Part shown: in pieces, positions 20,979-31,433 of the stretch | Layout: every line of letters begins with the position of its first letter | How positions within the stretch are numbered: the stretch's first letter is position 1 | IMG/VR virus record: IMGVR_UViG_3300030413_000012 | Strand: one strand, 5' to 3' | Length of the DNA stretch: 64,000 nt | Source of the DNA: an uncultured virus (IMG/VR IMGVR_UViG_3300030413_000012) | Lineage: Duplodnaviria > Heunggongvirae > Uroviricota > Caudoviricetes | Made by a program: the position numbers and the translations under genes | The notes under the pieces: generated by a model | What the model was told of the DNA's origin: nothing | The model's database searches: none | What the model saw: only the letters and a program-made list of their open reading frames with translations

Positions 20979-21058
20979 TTAAATATCAATATATTCTTTT
21001 TTATTCTTTTAAAATTTGGATAGGGTTTAAGCATGTTTATATCATAGTAACTGATAAT

Positions 21059-21544
21059 ATGTCCTGGAATATTAATTTTACAAATACCATAAATTTCTAT
21101 AAGGAAACCTTGATAAAAGATTCAGAAACCACAGCAACAGCTAACTCTTTTCAAAATGATGAATTTATTAAAAAAATGATTTTTACTTACACTACTTTAT
21201 TTGAAACTGTTAAAAAAGAAACAGCAATTAAAACTGATTTAATACTAATAACTTCAATATTAAATTATTTCAAAACAGAAAAAAATATAAAACCAAGTGG
21301 CATTCTTGTTCAGTGTTTAAATACAGGAATTCATAAAAATCATGACTATGGTAGCAACAATATATTAAGATTTGGTAGCAAAGGAATATATGTTAGAATT
21401 GTTGATAAACTTTCAAGAGTATCTAATCTTTTATTGACCCAAAAACAAGCAGAAGTATTTGATGAGAAAATAGAAGACACCATGTTAGATATAATAAATT
21501 ACTGTATTTATGATATAATGCTTCAGAATAACATATGGGAATAA
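21059..21544 (+). CDS. DUF1599 / nucleotide-modification-associated (MazG-like fold) protein
   Basis: KNHDYG...VRIVDKLSR...EKIEDTMLDIINY; ATG 21059 avoids overlap with the divergent gene. Confidence 0.8.
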   Translation: MSWNINFTNTINFYKETLIKDSETTATANSFQNDEFIKKMIFTYTTLFETVKKETAIKTDLILITSILNYFKTEKNIKPSGILVQCLNTGIHKNHDYGSNNILRFGSKGIYVRIVDKLSRVSNLLLTQKQAEVFDEKIEDTMLDIINYCIYDIMLQNNIWE

Positions 21545-21549
21545 CTATA

Positions 21550-21717
21550 TTAGAATACAGCATCTTTGTTATTTTTAATAAAAGCTTTTCCTTCTTTTGT
21601 TATTTTTCCAGTTTTGGTTATTAAACCAGCATCAATTAAGGAAGTAGCTTCTCTTCCATACATTCCTTGCAAAGTCCAAGCCTGTCCATTTTCTATCAGT
21701 GCTGAAAATTTTAGCTA
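21550..21717 (-). pseudogene. fragment of a small phage-type protein
   Basis: FSALIENGQAWTLQGMYGREATSLIDAG reading frame preceded by in-frame TAG and lacking a start. Confidence 0.55.
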
Positions 21718-21981
21718 TACTTTTGTTTTACAAATATATGTTTTGGCATCAATTTAAATATTTTTTTATCTATTTTTACAACTAACTGTAATACCAGATA
21801 TTGTTGTATTAGCTGATTTTCCAGTTATTATAATACTTATGTTAGTGTTAATATTAGGATTAAGTCCAGATATTTGTGCTGGAGCTATATAACCATTCAT
21901 TATCATCTAAAAGTGATTCACAATTATTTTTATATGTTTTTTTAAAAGAGTCTGTTCTTTTTTTGGTGTTTTTCATATATA

Positions 21982-22239
21982 TTACCTCTTTATAGCATCT
22001 CTGGTTTCAGCCTGTTCTTGTTTATAAGTTTGTTTTGCTTTTTTTATTACTTCAATATATTGTTTGGACAAGTAATTAGCTTGTTCTGCTTTTACTATTT
22101 CATATTCTCCTTTTTCAGTAAGCACTGCTATTTTAAATACACCAAATCTTTTTGGAATGGTATCAATGTAATATTTTTTGCCATCTTTTTCTTCAACAAA
22201 AACATAATTTGTTCTTTTTACTGGCTTATCTCCAAACAT
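21982..22239 (-). CDS. hypothetical protein
   Basis: 85-aa ORF. Confidence 0.6.
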   Translation of the reverse strand: MFGDKPVKRTNYVFVEEKDGKKYYIDTIPKRFGVFKIAVLTEKGEYEIVKAEQANYLSKQYIEVIKKAKQTYKQEQAETRDAIKR

Positions 22240-22405
22240 AAGTTCACCAATATAATTATATTCTTTCTGTTATTTAAAGGTTTGCTTTTATTAAAAAAGT
22301 TTAACTTTTTGGAAATTATATCTGACCTTTAGTTATTTATATCAAAAATATAATTTATAGTAACTTATTGGTTTTTAAACTTTTACTTTATATAATAGTG
22401 TTTAT

Positions 22406-22996
22406 ATGCTGACAGTTGGAATTGATGTTGATGGAACCCTTTCAGATACAATGGAACAGTGGCTAAAATACTATAAAGAAGAATACAATGTTGTTGTTTC
22501 AAAGGAAGACTTGTTCTTATATGATTTTTCAAGAATATTTCCATTTGTAAACAAAGAAGTTATGAGAAAATATTTTGAAAAAGTCTGGGACAATTGGAAA
22601 GATATAAAACTTATAGATGAAAAAGTAATTCCAAATATAAATATTATTGGTAATTTTTATAATGTTAATATAATAACTTCAACCTGGGGAAACCTCAATA
22701 ATGTTAAAAAATGGTTAAAAGAAAATAACATTTATTTTAATAAGGTAAAATATGTTAAAAATTCCATAGAAAAAGTAAACTATTGTGATATTCTTGTTGA
22801 TGATAGCCTTTCAAATATTACTCAAATGGTTAATAACAACAAAATAGGCATACTTTTAAAACAGCCCTGGAATAAAAGAAATTTATCAGATAAAATAAGA
22901 AAAAATATTTTAGTTGCTGAAGACTGGCAACAAGTGCTTGAGTATTTATTAAATATTAAAAATCTTCACTCTTTTACTGAAATAACAAGAAAATAA
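22406..22996 (+). CDS. HAD-superfamily 5'(3')-deoxyribonucleotidase (NT5C-like)
   Basis: GIDVDGTL, ITS, DILVDD, QPWN motifs; paralog of 12242..12775. Confidence 0.9.
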   Translation: MLTVGIDVDGTLSDTMEQWLKYYKEEYNVVVSKEDLFLYDFSRIFPFVNKEVMRKYFEKVWDNWKDIKLIDEKVIPNINIIGNFYNVNIITSTWGNLNNVKKWLKENNIYFNKVKYVKNSIEKVNYCDILVDDSLSNITQMVNNNKIGILLKQPWNKRNLSDKIRKNILVAEDWQQVLEYLLNIKNLHSFTEITRK

Positions 22997-23042
22997 AAAG
23001 AATATTTATAAATGAAAAAATGGTTGAACTAAAAAAAGAAAA

Positions 23043-23065
23043 TAAACTGGGAAATTCCCAGTTTA
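23043..23065. terminator. hairpin between convergent genes
   Basis: TAAACTGGGA-aat-TCCCAGTTTA. Confidence 0.55.
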
Positions 23066-23079
23066 ATTTGGCACTATTT

Positions 23080-23562
23080 TCATGGGTTGCTTATGGCAAA
23101 TGGATATGAGCCAGCATATACTGGTATTCCACTTGAACTTTCTGTTACAAAAGTTTGGAGTGCACCATTTGAAGTATCTGTTAATGAAGTTATATTGCTG
23201 CCTGGTGTTAGTGACTTTAATGTTGTTATTGAGTATTCATACATATCTCCAACCATATCAGGTCCACTAACTGCTGTTCCTATAAGGGTGTGGCTACCAA
23301 TTATAACATTAACTTCTGTTGTGTTGGCTAATTTTTGATTTAGTGCAACATTTATAACATTGCCACTGTTGGTGTTATAATTAGCACCATATATCACTCC
23401 TTGTGCTGCTATATGTCCACTGTGTGAAGCAAAACTATATATTGCCACTGCTGCTATTAATGCTGCTACAACAATTATTGCAATTGTTATTGGTGAGTCA
23501 AATGCACCTTGTGCCTTGAAGGTCTTTCTTTTTTTCTGTATTTGAAACATGTTTCCTGGCAT
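23080..23562 (-). CDS. archaeal type IV pilin-like protein (class III signal peptide)
   Basis: basic leader KKRKTFKAQ followed by hydrophobic helix ITIAIIVVAALIAAVAIY. Confidence 0.75.
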   Translation of the reverse strand: MPGNMFQIQKKRKTFKAQGAFDSPITIAIIVVAALIAAVAIYSFASHSGHIAAQGVIYGANYNTNSGNVINVALNQKLANTTEVNVIIGSHTLIGTAVSGPDMVGDMYEYSITTLKSLTPGSNITSLTDTSNGALQTFVTESSSGIPVYAGSYPFAISNP

Positions 23563-23640
23563 TCAAATCATTTTAATATTAATAATAACTCCTTAAAAAT
23601 TAAAATTCATTATTTAAGTCTTTTGTTAAATAAATAGTAT

Positions 23641-24519
23641 ATGTTGGGAAAAGAACACATAAAAGCAACTGCTTTTTTTGCAATAACAGCACTTGCTTTT
23701 ATTATTTTTATGATATTAAATCATTTTTCTCAACCAATAACAATCAACACTATTTTGACTGTTATTGCAACCACTTTTTACAAATATTATTTATATATGT
23801 TTCTTTTTATTGTTGGCATGATGATAAGTGCAACTGTTCCTGATATTGATATAAGCACAAATATTCAAGGGGTAAAAATTTGGAATAAAATTATTGGTAT
23901 TGGTTACCAAATAACAAAAATGATATTTACTCCATTACTTGGTGCAAGAACATTTTCACACAGGCATCTTTATCATAGTGTTGTTGGTGATATAATATAT
24001 ACTATATTAATTGGTGCAGTTGTTTTTAGCATTATAACACTTTTATTATTTTCATATTCAATGATTATAACACAACAAATAAATATACAAACAAGTTTTA
24101 TAGCAGCAGTTTTTACTTCAACTTATAATCTTATACTTCAATACAAAGGTTTATTTTTGTGGTTTGTTGTTGGTGCTTTTATTGGTTTTATGGCACATCT
24201 TTTTGAAGATACTATTACAGTTTCTGGTATAAATTATTTTCCAGGGTTATTACATAAAAGAATAGCAGGAAAATTTATAACATGCACAGCAGCAGGTTAT
24301 AGAAATCAAAAAGGAGATGTAACCCATGTTTCTTTTTTTAAAAGAAGTATTTCTGGTGTAATTTTACTTTCAACCTTTAATGTATTATTTTTGTTTATGT
24401 TCTTTGAATTGCATTTATATCTGTTGCCATTAATTCTCACTGGCTTAATTTTTTATGGTTCTCTTGTAGTATTTGAATTTATATTTTGTGGATTAAAAAT
24501 CAAAAAAGATTATTATTAA
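23641..24519 (+). CDS. membrane-bound metal-dependent hydrolase (YdjM-like)
   Basis: H, PDID, HRHLYHS, HLFED motifs in a multi-TM protein. Confidence 0.85.
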   Translation: MLGKEHIKATAFFAITALAFIIFMILNHFSQPITINTILTVIATTFYKYYLYMFLFIVGMMISATVPDIDISTNIQGVKIWNKIIGIGYQITKMIFTPLLGARTFSHRHLYHSVVGDIIYTILIGAVVFSIITLLLFSYSMIITQQINIQTSFIAAVFTSTYNLILQYKGLFLWFVVGAFIGFMAHLFEDTITVSGINYFPGLLHKRIAGKFITCTAAGYRNQKGDVTHVSFFKRSISGVILLSTFNVLFLFMFFELHLYLLPLILTGLIFYGSLVVFEFIFCGLKIKKDYY

Positions 24520-24527
24520 ACTTTTTA

Positions 24528-24989
24528 TTATTCAGTTTTTATTTCATTTACTGCTTTTTCAATGTTGTTAAGTATTTCAAGTCTGCTTTTAAAATTTCCT
24601 TTAAAATCAGGAGATGACCATATCAGAACATTCAAATAAACCCCAAACATATAAGAGTTTATTATCTCTTGTATCTTAGTCATGTTGCCAATATTATCAA
24701 TTAGTAAATCAGCCATATGCCTTGCCTCATTACTAGTTATCCAAGTTGCTATCCCAGCATCTTCAAGCCCTGTTCTTCTCAAAGAAGCTTCCAGTATTAT
24801 GTCTATTTTTGTTGTTCTTTTAGCTCCAAGACTTAAAAAACCATCAGGTGTTGATAATCCAATCTAAGTTTTTATATAGGTTTGAAGATTTTTCCAAACA
24901 CCTTCTGAAAATCCACCTCTTTCAACAAAGACCTCTTTTCCTTCATAATCTTTTGATTTCATATCTATTTTATCTAAAATTTCTTCCAT
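24528..24989 (-). pseudogene. disrupted hypothetical gene
   Basis: 5' part MEEILDK... ends early; 3' frame is open from TAG 24864-24866 to 24528. Confidence 0.45.
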
Positions 24990-25277
24990 TCTTATCACTT
25001 ATTTAATAATTCAAATGCCTCAATGCTTATATTCCTTTTTCATATTTTTGAACTTTTCCTCTGATTCATTTGGTGTTTCTTTAACAAGAATTTCAGCAGC
25101 TTTATTAATAATCAAATCTACTCCAATAGGATTTAAATCTCCAAATTCAAGTTTTATTTTATTATTAAGCAATTTGCATATCAAGAGCAAATTTCTTTCC
25201 TCTGGTTTTAGCTGTTGCAGCAATCTGTTCTTTCACAATTTCTAAAATTTCTTTGTCATATTTTGTTAACATTTTAT

Positions 25278-25514
25278 TCACCATTCATCATAAACATCTT
25301 GCAACACAACATTAACTCTTTTTTCTCCATAAATCTTTCTTAATTTATTCCAAATTTCTTGCTCTTGTTTTTCTGTTATTCTTTTACTAAAATAAGCCTC
25401 TTGTCTGAGGTCATCAACACCAAACACATCTTCAAAATCTATGGCTTCTTTAAGAGCTAAATATTGCTTCATTTCTTCTTTTGTCAATCCCATTTTAGGT
25501 TTTTCTTTAGCCAT
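25278..25514 (-). CDS. hypothetical protein
   Basis: 78-aa ORF in operon-like run. Confidence 0.65.
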   Translation of the reverse strand: MAKEKPKMGLTKEEMKQYLALKEAIDFEDVFGVDDLRQEAYFSKRITEKQEQEIWNKLRKIYGEKRVNVVLQDVYDEW

Positions 25515-25519
25515 AGCAT

Positions 25520-25768
25520 TTACCCATACTTATTGTCAAAATAATTATTTAAAAGCTTTATTGCTTTTTGTCTGAGTTTTATATCTCTTTTATCTAATTC
25601 ATATTCAGTTAATTCAAGCAAACCTAAATAGGTATTTCTATCTTTTATATCAGCATTTAAGCCTTTCAAATTAGCTTTATAAGTAGCCAATAGTTCTGAG
25701 TCTGTCATGCTTTTTATATTTTTAGCAATTTCATTAAATTCCTTTTTTGTTTGTTTATTTTCTTTCAT
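25520..25768 (-). CDS. hypothetical protein
   Basis: 82-aa ORF in operon-like run. Confidence 0.65.
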   Translation of the reverse strand: MKENKQTKKEFNEIAKNIKSMTDSELLATYKANLKGLNADIKDRNTYLGLLELTEYELDKRDIKLRQKAIKLLNNYFDNKYG

Positions 25769-25777
25769 AAAAGCACC

Positions 25778-26464
25778 TTAATATACCAATGAATAATCTG
25801 ATATAAACTCTTTAATATAAATTGGTTTTTCTGCTTTAAAAGGTTCTACTGTATTGTAAAGCTGCTGCTTATACCATTCTTTATTTTTTTCAACAATAGG
25901 GTCACATACTTCTTTAACTGCTATTTTAATATCAACTCCTTTGTATAATTTTTGCATAACTGCTTTATAAACATTTTTAATTTCAAGTTTATATGGATTT
26001 ATTAAAATGCCCTGTTTTCTAAATATATAATTATTTTCTAGTAAATGTTCTATTATTGTTTTAATATCAGAACTAGTTTCATTATGTTTATAATATGCAA
26101 CTGTTAAATTCCAGGAATATCTTTTTAGTATTTCTATATTTTTATTTTCAAATAAATCAAAAAGGTCAGGATATACTTTTTCAATTTTTAAATTTCCTGT
26201 AACACCTTTGCTGGTTCCAAAAGTAAAATAATATATTTTATTTGTTTCTTTATCATCAATCATTGCATCTGATTCAAGCAATAATTCTTTTATATCATCA
26301 TTTTCAGCCAAATAACTTTTTTTAATTAGATATGTATTATATTCAATTTCATTAAGTGGTTTTCCTTTAAACAAAAATTTATGATAAGTATCAGGAAGTC
26401 TTATTATTATTGTTTTTTTACCTTTATGCAAAATAAAAGGGAAAAGGTGTATTTTTTCATTCAT
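25778..26464 (-). CDS. hypothetical protein
   Basis: 228-aa ORF. Confidence 0.7.
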   Translation of the reverse strand: MNEKIHLFPFILHKGKKTIIIRLPDTYHKFLFKGKPLNEIEYNTYLIKKSYLAENDDIKELLLESDAMIDDKETNKIYYFTFGTSKGVTGNLKIEKVYPDLFDLFENKNIEILKRYSWNLTVAYYKHNETSSDIKTIIEHLLENNYIFRKQGILINPYKLEIKNVYKAVMQKLYKGVDIKIAVKEVCDPIVEKNKEWYKQQLYNTVEPFKAEKPIYIKEFISDYSLVY

Positions 26465-26527
26465 ATTATCATTTCTTTTGTTTAGGATATAAACATATTA
26501 TATTTTATTTGACACTTTTTATATACT

Positions 26528-27001
26528 TTATATTTTTGATTTTGTAATTCCTTTTTGATTTTGATAATGTCCAGCATAAGCTAAATCAGTGGGTGTTTCT
26601 GTTCTTGCAAGAACTAAATATATTACTGGACTATTTGCAGCTATAACAATGTCTTGTGATGATAAATTTGCTAAACCAATTGTTAAAGTTCCAGAAAAAC
26701 CAGCATCCACAATTGTTGGTGGTATTATAATTCCTTTTCTTGCATAACTGGACTTTAGGTTTATAAAACCAATTATGTCCACAGGAAGTGTTATTTTTTC
26801 AATTGTGGTCATAAGAATATGCTGCTTAGGTTGAATAACAATTGAACTTCCTTTCATATCAGTTTGATATTCAGAAGAAAACCAGTCTCCTGCTATTTTT
26901 AGGTCAATACCATTTTCTTTAACTTGTGATTCATCAAAAGGACTTATGTTAATACTCTTCTTTTTTATTTCATTCAAAATATCTTTGTGTGATAAAATCA
27001 T
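26528..27001 (-). CDS. dcd: dCTP deaminase (trimeric dUTPase superfamily)
   Basis: MILS, GIDLKI, TIEKITLP, KSSYARKG, VDAGFSGTLT, YAGHYQNQ. Confidence 0.9.
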   Translation of the reverse strand: MILSHKDILNEIKKKSINISPFDESQVKENGIDLKIAGDWFSSEYQTDMKGSSIVIQPKQHILMTTIEKITLPVDIIGFINLKSSYARKGIIIPPTIVDAGFSGTLTIGLANLSSQDIVIAANSPVIYLVLARTETPTDLAYAGHYQNQKGITKSKI

Positions 27002-27010
27002 AATATCCCT

Positions 27011-27250
27011 TTATTTAATGTTTTTAGATTTTGTAATTATTATGTTTCCAACAAATTGAGGATAAAGTTCATTTGTTTGTAATTGGTTTAAAAGACCATC
27101 TTCATTTACAACAGCAACAAATCCATCTTCCATTTTAACAATTTCAATATAACCACCAACAAAGTTTTGCATCTCTTCCAGTGTCATATGATATGCTATT
27201 TCTCTTGTTCCATCAGTTTTTAATTTCATAAATTGTTTGTCAGTGTTCAT
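27011..27250 (-). CDS. DUF3846-family protein
   Basis: TLEEMQNFVGGYIEIV...VNEDGLL...N...VGNI. Confidence 0.8.
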   Translation of the reverse strand: MNTDKQFMKLKTDGTREIAYHMTLEEMQNFVGGYIEIVKMEDGFVAVVNEDGLLNQLQTNELYPQFVGNIIITKSKNIK

Positions 27251-27277
27251 GGTTTCATCTTTTATTTTTATTTTAAA

Positions 27278-27814
27278 TTATAATCCTGTTGATGTAACTA
27301 TATCTTCAAGCATTGTTGTTACAGCATGCCCTTTTCTGAGTTCAAAAAAATAAAGTTCTGAAATATAATAGACAAGTTCAGCCTCTTCTTTTTCTTTTGT
27401 TGGTTTAGTTTCAGATGTTGATTTTATTACTACTTCAGGATAACCTGGTTGAAACATTATATTATAGCCTAATCTATTAGTTTTTTCTATCTCTTCAGCC
27501 ATAACTTCTTCAAATGTTTTTGAATAATTAACATATAATTTTTTTATACTATTTTCAAGCAGTTCATCAGGAACAGTAACTGTATTTTTATTATAGTCTA
27601 TAAGAGGAACAATTTTATATTTGAGTTTATCAAATTGCACATTTAATTTCCTTATTTTTTCCATTACTGAGAAATAAGAATCAATTGTCTTATCTTTTTC
27701 AGTTTTACTTTTTTGAAGATATGGTAATTGTCTGCTTGTGGTCATTACAAGGTCAATAAAACTGAATTTCAAAACATCTTCCATGCTAAAAAATTTCTCT
27801 TCTTTTTGCATCAA
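27278..27814 (-). CDS. hypothetical protein
   Basis: 178-aa ORF. Confidence 0.7.
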   Translation of the reverse strand: MMQKEEKFFSMEDVLKFSFIDLVMTTSRQLPYLQKSKTEKDKTIDSYFSVMEKIRKLNVQFDKLKYKIVPLIDYNKNTVTVPDELLENSIKKLYVNYSKTFEEVMAEEIEKTNRLGYNIMFQPGYPEVVIKSTSETKPTKEKEEAELVYYISELYFFELRKGHAVTTMLEDIVTSTGL

Positions 27815-27889
27815 ATCAACAATAATACATCAACATATTAAATATTTAAATGTTCAATTTTTTAAGTTTAAAAACAAACATATTTAAAT

Positions 27890-28231
27890 ATGAAGGTTGG
27901 TGATTTTAGTAATTATACAACAGCAAATATACATATACACAATAGGTATTATACTGTTTTTGTTGCTAAATCCTATTTTCAAATACTTAGAGGACTATCA
28001 AAAATAACTAAAATTCCAGATGGATTTGTTGGAATGTTGTTTGTTTTTAAAAAAAATACTAAATTGCCTTTTACTACAAAACATATGAAATTTTATATTG
28101 ATTTATTTTTTCTGGATGAAAACTACAATATCATTGAATCTCATCTTAATCTAAAGCCAGGAATCAAAAAGATTATACCTCAGAAACAATACAAATATGC
28201 TCTTGAAACAGAATCTGGTCTTCTTTTTTGA
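27890..28231 (+). CDS. DUF192-family protein
   Basis: VA...RGL...GMLFVF...MKFYIDLFFLD...YALE. Confidence 0.85.
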   Translation: MKVGDFSNYTTANIHIHNRYYTVFVAKSYFQILRGLSKITKIPDGFVGMLFVFKKNTKLPFTTKHMKFYIDLFFLDENYNIIESHLNLKPGIKKIIPQKQYKYALETESGLLF

Positions 28232-28266
28232 ATTTTAAATCAAAGAACAAATACTAATATGAACAA

Positions 28267-28818
28267 ATGTCATACTTCAAAGCACAAACAACCATTGAAT
28301 ACACTGGATTACTTGTATTATCATTAGCTTTGGCTGCTCTTGCAATTGGTTTTTTTATATCTTATTTTTCTCAAACAACAACACAAGTTTCACAAACAAC
28401 TTTGATAGGAATTCAACAAATAAATTTTTATCCATTCACAGGACAGGCACCAAATGCAACAAATTATCTTGGTGATGCTGAATTAACAATTTATTCAACT
28501 AATCCTGTGAGTATAAATAGTATGTATTTAGTTCAAACAATGAATAGTTCAACTGCATCAAACTGTCCTTCAGTTGTTAAATTTACCAATTTTCCAACAA
28601 ATGGTTTAACCTGTATTTCACTTGGTATGCCAGTAAAAACATTTCCAGAAGGAAATAATAACTATCTTCTATATTTTAATTCAGTTCTTTATAATGGAAC
28701 TGCTTTTTCAGAAATGAATAATACAAATGGTGCTTTTATAAAATATGCTATACTTTCTATAAATGGAAAATATGAATATACAAAACTAAATCCACAACTT
28801 CCAATAATAATAAGTTAG
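28267..28818 (+). CDS. class III signal peptide (pilin-like) protein
   Basis: FKAQTTIEY + hydrophobic helix. Confidence 0.8.
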   Translation: MSYFKAQTTIEYTGLLVLSLALAALAIGFFISYFSQTTTQVSQTTLIGIQQINFYPFTGQAPNATNYLGDAELTIYSTNPVSINSMYLVQTMNSSTASNCPSVVKFTNFPTNGLTCISLGMPVKTFPEGNNNYLLYFNSVLYNGTAFSEMNNTNGAFIKYAILSINGKYEYTKLNPQLPIIIS

Positions 28819-29108
28819 TTAGCTAAAAAAATATCTTTTATGAAAAGGTCTTTTGTTTTTTGAAAATCATTTATTTTTCTTAATATTATGTATTTTTCAA
28901 AGCCTTTTTTTATAAAAAGGTCAATACCATTTTCATAACTGATATTTCTATATTCTTCAAAATATTTTTGTGCTTCTTCCTGTGCAATATTTGTTAATAA
29001 AGCAGTTTCTCTTATCATATATTCTATTTTTCTTTTATAAAGTTCTTTTTCAGAAAGGGACATGTTTACACCATACAAAAAATAAATATTAAAATAATTA
29101 ACTACCAC
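28815..29108 (-). CDS. hypothetical protein
   Basis: ORF; likely start at internal MSLS. Confidence 0.55.
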   Translation of the reverse strand: MVVNYFNIYFLYGVNMSLSEKELYKRKIEYMIRETALLTNIAQEEAQKYFEEYRNISYENGIDLFIKKGFEKYIILRKINDFQKTKDLFIKDIFLAN

Positions 29109-29110
29109 TC

Positions 29111-29797
29111 TTATTTATTTGATTCCTCAAAATATACAGAAGTATCATGCACATATTTTTCAAAATGTATGTTTAATGCAGCTATTGCTGGTGCAATTGG
29201 AACATCTTTATATTCTGGCAAATAATGTTCTTTGAATTTCATCAAAGTATAAACTTCACATTCAAGTTGTGCCCCAGTCAATGCATTGTGAGGGTGCCTT
29301 TCATCTGGTAGTCCATAATAACCAAGTGTTTCATTAAGTTTTGGATATTTTCCAGGTATTTTTTCTTTTTCAACTAATGGAAATATATTATCATTATTTA
29401 TAAACTCATTCATAGCAATTTCCATAAGGTCATATGCTTTTGGTGGAAGTCCATTCATTTTCAATCTCTTTCCAATTGAATGTGTAAAATTTATATCAAA
29501 TCCAGCATTATAAGCTGCCAGGAAAAGAGTTTTATGTGCTTTGCAGAATTCAATAAAATGTTTATAAAGTTCCTCAGAAGTTTCTTTTGAAGGGTCTTTT
29601 ATTTGTTCTTCAGTAAATCCATTTACATCAAGTGCTTTTTGATTCACAATACTGTTCTCAGGTATTCTACATTCTTCATAAAAAGTATCTCCAGTTGCAA
29701 CATCTACTGCACCAAGAGCTACTATGCTGTTTTCATTAGGTCTTAGTCCTGTTGTTTCACAATCAAAAACAACTGTTCTCTCTTTTGATTTATCCAT
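29111..29797 (-). CDS. DEDDh 3'-5' exonuclease (DnaQ-like)
   Basis: FDCETTGL, YNAGFD, HNAL motifs. Confidence 0.9.
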   Translation of the reverse strand: MDKSKERTVVFDCETTGLRPNENSIVALGAVDVATGDTFYEECRIPENSIVNQKALDVNGFTEEQIKDPSKETSEELYKHFIEFCKAHKTLFLAAYNAGFDINFTHSIGKRLKMNGLPPKAYDLMEIAMNEFINNDNIFPLVEKEKIPGKYPKLNETLGYYGLPDERHPHNALTGAQLECEVYTLMKFKEHYLPEYKDVPIAPAIAALNIHFEKYVHDTSVYFEESNK

Positions 29798-29835
29798 ATA
29801 ATCATTTATTTAGTATTGTAAAGGTTTAAAAATGT

Positions 29836-30285
29836 TTACTTAAAATATCCACTATCATTTGCATCTATAAAATAGTTTGTATTATTTTTTTGATATTTTA
29901 TAAGTGAAATTAAATATGGAGTATTTAATAAATCACCATAGTTTGTAATTCCATTTTGTGATAAATAAAACACCTTGCCATTATTTGTTGTAAAATCACT
30001 ATGATTGAATGGAACAGTTATTGTTTTATTCCTAACAGTAAATGTTATTGAAATATTATTCATTGTTACATTATCATTAAAGTGTAACTGCCCCTGTATC
30101 TGACCAGTGCTATTAATTAAAAAACTTTCTTGGGTTAGGTAAAAAACACCAGTTTCATTTTTAATTTTTCCTGTTGTTTTTGAAGTTAAATGATATAGTG
30201 CTGCAAAAAGCACAACTCCTATAACTAAAATAATTGTCAATAAAGTCATATATTCTACTGGAACTTGTGCTTTCATGTTATTCAT
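29836..30285 (-). CDS. class III signal peptide (pilin-like) protein
   Basis: MKAQVPVEY + hydrophobic helix. Confidence 0.8.
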   Translation of the reverse strand: MNNMKAQVPVEYMTLLTIILVIGVVLFAALYHLTSKTTGKIKNETGVFYLTQESFLINSTGQIQGQLHFNDNVTMNNISITFTVRNKTITVPFNHSDFTTNNGKVFYLSQNGITNYGDLLNTPYLISLIKYQKNNTNYFIDANDSGYFK

Positions 30286-30356
30286 ATTAATTATTATAAG
30301 AACTTTAAATATTTAATAATTACAACTTTTTTAAAGAATTTATTAATTTAATTAAT

Positions 30357-30647
30357 ATGACAATATGGAAAGAAAGTAAAAAAATTTCATTCTATAATAA
30401 GGACAAAAAGTATAAAAATACAACATATTTTTCTGATTTTGGTTTTTCTATAGAAACTTTTTCCATAGAAACAAACAAAAAGATAAATATTATAACTGTC
30501 TGTGATTTGGTAAATGAAACTCCTGGATTGAACAATGGATTTTATTGTAACAAGTAAAAAAGATAAAAACTTTTTATTAAATTGGTTTGCAGTATAGCAA
30601 TTGATTATTATAAAGCTAAATTTAATAAATTAAAAAAGTATCTGTAA
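30357..30647 (+). pseudogene. hypothetical gene with two in-frame TAA
   Basis: frame continues CNK*KR*KLFIKLVCSIAIDYYK...KYL*. Confidence 0.35.
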
Positions 30648-30678
30648 TTTTAAATTAACACATTGTCTTATTTTATGA

Positions 30679-31062
30679 GTGACACCAGTGAACTCTTTCA
30701 AAAAACATCAGTTTATAAAAAGCATATTTGAAACAGTTACCATTGGTGCTGCTTTAATTAGTATATATTTGTTTTTAATAACAAATTTTGTAAACATAGG
30801 ATTACCAATTGTTATTATTACTATTATATTTTCTTTCATTATTTTTATGACAATTATTTTTGTATTTTATAGCAACATAACAATTGAATGGTATAATTTT
30901 AAAGAGGAAATTGAATTTGAAATATCATCTTTAAAAACCACAAAATTATTTCTAAAAACAATGATAGAATTTTCTCAAAAGCCAAGACTTAAAAAAGAGT
31001 TAAAAAAAGAGATAAAAGAAATAAACAGCAATATCAGAAAATTGAATAAAAAACTTATTTAA
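30679..31062 (+). CDS. two-TM membrane protein
   Basis: two hydrophobic segments then basic coil. Confidence 0.6.
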   Translation: MTPVNSFKKHQFIKSIFETVTIGAALISIYLFLITNFVNIGLPIVIITIIFSFIIFMTIIFVFYSNITIEWYNFKEEIEFEISSLKTTKLFLKTMIEFSQKPRLKKELKKEIKEINSNIRKLNKKLI

Positions 31063-31328
31063 ACAGAGGAAGACTTTATTTGACTCCAATATGGGTTTTC
31101 ATCAGGTTTTACAGTTTTTATTCCATCAAAAAGCAGTTTTTCAATTTTTGAATAATCAATTTCAATATTTTTCTTTCTTAAAGATTCAACTTCAATAACA
31201 AGAGGTTCAACCAGCCAATCTTGATAAGTATTTTGGTGTAAGTTCATTTTTAGATTTTTATTTATTTTTTTTGTAACATCTAAAAGTCTGTTTATTTCTT
31301 TATCTGGTCCATTATTCATAAAAGTCAC
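31059..31328 (-). CDS. hypothetical protein
   Basis: 89-aa ORF. Confidence 0.55.
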   Translation of the reverse strand: MTFMNNGPDKEINRLLDVTKKINKNLKMNLHQNTYQDWLVEPLVIEVESLRKKNIEIDYSKIEKLLFDGIKTVKPDENPYWSQIKSSSV

Positions 31329-31433
31329 ACAATACTATTGTATTATTAAATATTTATATGTTTCAGTTTTCACTAAAACACTTTAATACACAGTTGTATG
31401 GTATTAGAGCAACAAACAGAAAAAAATAAACAA